From IMG/VR virus record IMGVR_UViG_2617270960_000002: a stretch of 10,922 bases of DNA; one strand, given 5' to 3'. A program made the position numbers and the translations under genes. Under the pieces are notes generated by a model that saw only the letters and a program-made list of their open reading frames with translations, did no database searches and was not told the origin of the DNA. How positions within the stretch are numbered: the stretch's first letter is position 1; each line of letters begins with the position of its first letter. Of this stretch, positions 7,496 through 10,922 are shown piece by piece. Origin of the DNA: a virus. Its lineage: Duplodnaviria > Heunggongvirae > Uroviricota > Caudoviricetes.

Positions 7496-8064
7496 AAACG
7501 GGGGCTGAAGCCATCCGCGCACTGGCCACACAGCTCCCGGCGTTTCGTCAGAAACTGAGCGACGGCTGGTATCAGGTACGGATTGCCGGGCGGGACGTCA
7601 GCACGTCCGGGTTAACGGCGTAGTTACATGAGACTCTGCCTGACGGCGCTGTGATTCATATTGTTCCCAGAGTCGCCGGGGCCAAGTCAGGGGGCGTATT
7701 CCAGATTGTTCTGGGGGCTGCCGCCATTGCCGGATCATTCTTTACTGCCGGAGCCACTCTTGCAGCATGGGGGGCAGCCATTGGGGCCGGTGGTATGACC
7801 GGTATCCTGTTTTCTCTCGGTGCCAGTATGGTACTTGGTGGTGTGGCGCAGATGCTGGCACCGAAAGCCAGGACGCCCACGGCAGCAAGTACAGATAACG
7901 GCAAACAGAACACCTATTTCTCCTCACTGGATAACATGGTTGCCCAGGGCAATGTTCTGCCCGTTCTGTACGGTGAAATGCGCGTGGGGTCGCGGGTGGT
8001 CTCTCAGGAGATCAGCACGGCAGACGAAGGGGATGGTGGTCAGGTTGTGGTGATTGGTCGCTGA
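7393..8064 (+). pseudogene. I: Tail tip assembly protein I (lambda gpI family), interrupted by an in-frame amber codon (TAG 7621-7623) at codon 77. Full-length 223 aa would need amber suppression; otherwise a 76-aa N-terminal fragment, with possible re-initiation at GTG 7651.
   Basis: Frame 1 from ATG 7393 reads MAATHTLPLASPGMARICLYGDLQRFGRRIDLRVKTGAEAIRALATQLPAFRQKLSDGWYQVRIAGRDVSTSGLTA, then TAG, then continues in the same frame LHETLPDGAVIHIVPRVAGAKSGGVFQIVLGAAAIAG…GQVVVIGR* to 8064. Lambda gpI has Gln (CAG) at this position as I recall, and the total span of 672 nt equals lambda I. Confidence 0.8.
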
Positions 8065-8082
8065 TGCAAAACATTTTATGTG

Positions 8083-8110
8083 AAACCGCCTGCGGGCGGT
8101 TTTGTCGTTT
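8083..8110 (+). terminator. Candidate stem-loop followed by a T-rich tract in the I-J intergenic region (weak intrinsic-terminator-like or mRNA-structure element)
   Basis: AAACCGCC (8083-8090), loop TGCG, then GGCGGTTT (8095-8102) form an inverted repeat with a 5-bp GC core, followed by TGTCGTTT. The U-tract is interrupted, so a true terminator is doubtful. Confidence 0.3.
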
Positions 8111-8112
8111 AT

Positions 8113-8117
8113 GGAGC
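8113..8117 (+). promoter_or_regulatory. Shine-Dalgarno-like ribosome-binding site for J (GGAGC)
   Basis: GGAG at 8113-8116 lies 8 nt upstream of the J ATG at 8125. Confidence 0.5.
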
Positions 8118-8124
8118 GTGACGA

Positions 8125-10922
8125 ATGGGTAAAGGCAGCAGTAAGGGGCATACCCCGCGCGAAGCGAAGGACAACCTGAAGTCCACGCAGCTGCTGAGTG
8201 TGATCGATGTCATCAGCGAAGGGCCGATTGAAGGTCCGGTGGATGGATTAAAAAGCGTGCTGCTGAACAGTACGCCGGTGCTGGACAGTGAGGGGAATAC
8301 CAATATCTCCGGCGTCACGGTGGTGTTCCGGGCAGGTGAGCAGGAGCAGACGCCGCCGGAGGGCTTTGAATCCTCCGGTTCCGAGACGGTGCTGGGTACG
8401 GAAGTGAAATACGACACGCCGATTACCCGGACCATCACGTCTGCAAACATCGACCGTCTGCGCTTTACCTTCGGTGTGCAGGCACTGGTGGAAACCACCT
8501 CAAAGGGGGACCGGAATCCGTCGGAAGTCCGCCTGCTGGTTCAGATACAGCGTAACGGTGGCTGGGTGACGGAAAAAGACATCACCATTAAAGGCAAAAC
8601 CACCTCACAGTATCTGGCATCGGTGGTGGTGGGTAACCTGCCGCCGCGCCCGTTCAATATCCGGATGCGCAGGATGACGCCGGACAGCACCACAGATCAG
8701 CTGCAGAACAAAACGCTCTGGTCGTCATACACCGAAATCATCGATGTGAAACAGTGCTACCCGAACACGGCACTGGTCGGCGTACAGGTGGATTCGGAGC
8801 AGTTCGGCAGCCAGCAGGTGAGCCGTAATTATCATCTGCGCGGGCGTATTCTGCAGGTGCCGTCGAACTATAACCCGCAGACGCGGCAATACAGCGGTAT
8901 CTGGGACGGAACGTTTAAGCCAGCATACAGCAATAACATGGCCTGGTGTCTGTGGGATATGCTGACCCATCCACGCTACGGCATGGGGAAACGTCTTGGT
9001 GCGGCGGATGTGGACAAATGGGCGCTGTATGTCATCGGCCAGTACTGCGACCAGTCAGTGCCGGACGGCTTTGGCGGCACGGAGCCGCGCATCACCTGTA
9101 ATGCGTACCTGACCACACAACGTAAGGCGTGGGATGTGCTCAGTGATTTCTGCTCGGCGATGCGCTGTATGCCGGTATGGAACGGGCAGACGCTGACGTT
9201 CGTGCAGGACCGACCGTCGGATAAGGCGTGGACCTATAACCGCAGTAATGTGGTGATGCCGGATGATGGCGCGCCGTTCCGCTACAGCTTCAGCGCCCTG
9301 AAGGACCGCCATAATGCCGTTGAGGTGAACTGGATTGACCCGAATAACGGCTGGGAGACGGCGACAGAGCTTGTTGAAGATACGCAGGCCATTGCCCGTT
9401 ACGGTCGTAATGTCACGAAGATGGATGCCTTTGGCTGTACCAGTCGGGGGCAGGCACACCGCGCCGGGCTGTGGCTGATTAAAACGGAACTGCTGGAAAC
9501 GCAGACCGTGGACTTCAGCGTGGGTGCTGAAGGGCTTCGCCATGTACCGGGCGATGTCATTGAAATCTGCGATGATGACTATGCCGGTATCAGCATCGGC
9601 GGGCGCGTGCTGGCGGTGAACAGCCAGACCCGGACGCTGACGCTCGACCGTGAAATCACGCTGCTATCCTCCGGTACTACGCTGATAAGCCTGGTTGACG
9701 GAAGTGGCAATCCGGTCAGCGTGGAGGTCCAGTCCGTCACCGACGGCGTGAAGGTAAAAGTGAGCCGTGTTCCTGACGGCGTTGCAGAATACAGCGTGTG
9801 GGGGCTGAAGTTGCCGACGTTGCGCCAGCGCCTGTTCCGCTGTGTGAGTATCCGTGAGAACGATGACGGCACGTATGCCATCACCGCCGTGCAGCATGTA
9901 CCGGAAAAAGAAGCCATCGTGGATAACGGGGCGCACTTTGACGGCGACCAGAGCGGCACGGTGAATGGCGTTACGCCGCCAGCGGTGCAGCACCTGACCG
10001 CCGAAGTCACCGCAGACAGCGGGGAGTATCAGGTACTGGCCCGCTGGGACACGCCGAAGGTGGTGAAGGGCGTGAGCTTCCTGCTCCGTCTGACCGTAAC
10101 AGCGGATGACGGCAGTGAGCGGCTGGTCAGCACGGCCCGGACGACGGAAACCACATACCGCTTCAGGCAGCTGGCGCCAGGGAACTACAGGCTGACGGTC
10201 CGGGCGGTAAATGCGTGGGGACAGCAGGGCGATCCGGCGTTGGTATCGTTCCGGATTGCCGCCCCGGCAGCGCCGTCGCGGATTGAGCTGACGTCGGGCT
10301 ATTTTCAGATAACTGCCACGCCGCATCTTGCGGTTTATGATCCGACGGTACAGTTTGAGTTCTGGTTCTCGGAAAAGCGGATTGCGGATATCAGGCAGGT
10401 TGAAACCACAGCACGCTATCTTGGCACGGCGCTGTACTGGATAGCCGCCAGTATCAATATCAGGCCGGGCCATGATTATTATTTTTACGTTCGCAGTGTG
10501 AACACCGTTGGCAAATCGGCATTCGTGGAGGCTGTTGGTCAGCCGAGTGATGATGCATCCGGCTATCTGGATTTTTTCAAAGGCGAGATAGGGAAAACCC
10601 ATCTGGCTCAGGAGCTGTGGACGCAGATTGATAACGGTCAGCTTGCGCCTGACCTGGCTGAAATCAGGACGTCCATTACGGATGTCAGCAATGAAATCAC
10701 GCAGACCGTCAATAAGAAACTGGAAGACCAGAGTGCGGCAATTCAGCAGATACAGAAGGTTCAGGTTGATACAAATAATAACCTGAACAGCATGTGGGCT
10801 GTGAAGCTGCAGCAGATGCAGGACGGACGCCTTTATATCGCGGGTATTGGTGTCGGTATTGAGAACACCCCTGACGGCATGCAGAGTCAGGTGCTGCTGG
10901 CGGCGGACAGGATTGCGATGGT
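8125..10922 (+). CDS. J: Tail tip/central tail fibre protein J (lambda gpJ family), 3'-truncated by the window end (~932 of ~1100+ codons present)
   Basis: Frame 1 from ATG 8125 reads [63 protein letters not shown]…, near-identical to lambda gpJ over roughly the first 800 residues. The frame stays open to the last base of the window, and no competing sense-strand ORF is listed after 8064. Confidence 0.95.
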   Translation, partial: MGKGSSKGHTPREAKDNLKSTQLLSVIDVISEGPIEGPVDGLKSVLLNSTPVLDSEGNTNISGVTVVFRAGEQEQTPPEGFESSGSETVLGTEVKYDTPITRTITSANIDRLRFTFGVQALVETTSKGDRNPSEVRLLVQIQRNGGWVTEKDITIKGKTTSQYLASVVVGNLPPRPFNIRMRRMTPDSTTDQLQNKTLWSSYTEIIDVKQCYPNTALVGVQVDSEQFGSQQVSRNYHLRGRILQVPSNYNPQTRQYSGIWDGTFKPAYSNNMAWCLWDMLTHPRYGMGKRLGAADVDKWALYVIGQYCDQSVPDGFGGTEPRITCNAYLTTQRKAWDVLSDFCSAMRCMPVWNGQTLTFVQDRPSDKAWTYNRSNVVMPDDGAPFRYSFSALKDRHNAVEVNWIDPNNGWETATELVEDTQAIARYGRNVTKMDAFGCTSRGQAHRAGLWLIKTELLETQTVDFSVGAEGLRHVPGDVIEICDDDYAGISIGGRVLAVNSQTRTLTLDREITLLSSGTTLISLVDGSGNPVSVEVQSVTDGVKVKVSRVPDGVAEYSVWGLKLPTLRQRLFRCVSIRENDDGTYAITAVQHVPEKEAIVDNGAHFDGDQSGTVNGVTPPAVQHLTAEVTADSGEYQVLARWDTPKVVKGVSFLLRLTVTADDGSERLVSTARTTETTYRFRQLAPGNYRLTVRAVNAWGQQGDPALVSFRIAAPAAPSRIELTSGYFQITATPHLAVYDPTVQFEFWFSEKRIADIRQVETTARYLGTALYWIAASINIRPGHDYYFYVRSVNTVGKSAFVEAVGQPSDDASGYLDFFKGEIGKTHLAQELWTQIDNGQLAPDLAEIRTSITDVSNEITQTVNKKLEDQSAAIQQIQKVQVDTNNNLNSMWAVKLQQMQDGRLYIAGIGVGIENTPDGMQSQVLLAADRIAM

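Noticed and set aside
7651-8064. 137-aa ORF starting at GTG 7651 as an independent gene
   Set aside because: It is the in-frame continuation of gene I downstream of the amber codon at 7621-7623, not a separate gene. It is retained only as a possible re-initiation product.
9664-10602. 312-aa reverse-strand ORF (also 9579..10010 and 9055..9543 on the - strand)
   Set aside because: Lies entirely antisense to the strongly supported J coding frame. The translation is Arg/Cys/His-rich and low-complexity, as expected for the antisense of a GC-rich gene. No independent start context.
1-10922. Novel defence system, CRISPR array, tRNA, IS element or moron insertion
   Set aside because: No spacer-repeat periodicity, tRNA-like structure or terminal inverted repeats are apparent by eye, and every sense-strand ORF over 60 aa is accounted for by a known tail gene with tightly coupled junctions. 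The window reads as a canonical structural operon, though I cannot exclude small RNAs without computation.

Overview
This window is the tail-morphogenesis operon of a lambda-like (lambdoid) phage or prophage, all on the + strand and tightly packed. In order: the 3' end of an unidentified head-module gene, a remnant of the head-tail joining gene FII, then Z, U, V, G, the G-T frameshift product, H (tape measure), M, L, K, I and the first ~930 codons of J (running off the window end). Protein identities rest on near-identity to my recollection of the phage lambda proteins; no search could be run. I do not see a novel defence or accessory system: every long sense-strand ORF is accounted for by a known tail gene, and the reverse-strand ORFs are antisense artefacts. 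The observations worth a second look are (1) an in-frame amber codon (TAG at 7621-7623) interrupting gene I where lambda has Gln, (2) an out-of-frame junction between a non-lambda upstream gene and the conserved C-terminal half of FII near 380-400, (3) the conserved G-T -1 slippery site GGGAAAG at 2728-2734, and (4) apparent divergence from lambda in the C-terminal region of J (from ~10580) and in a patch near the C-terminus of H, consistent with lambdoid mosaicism.
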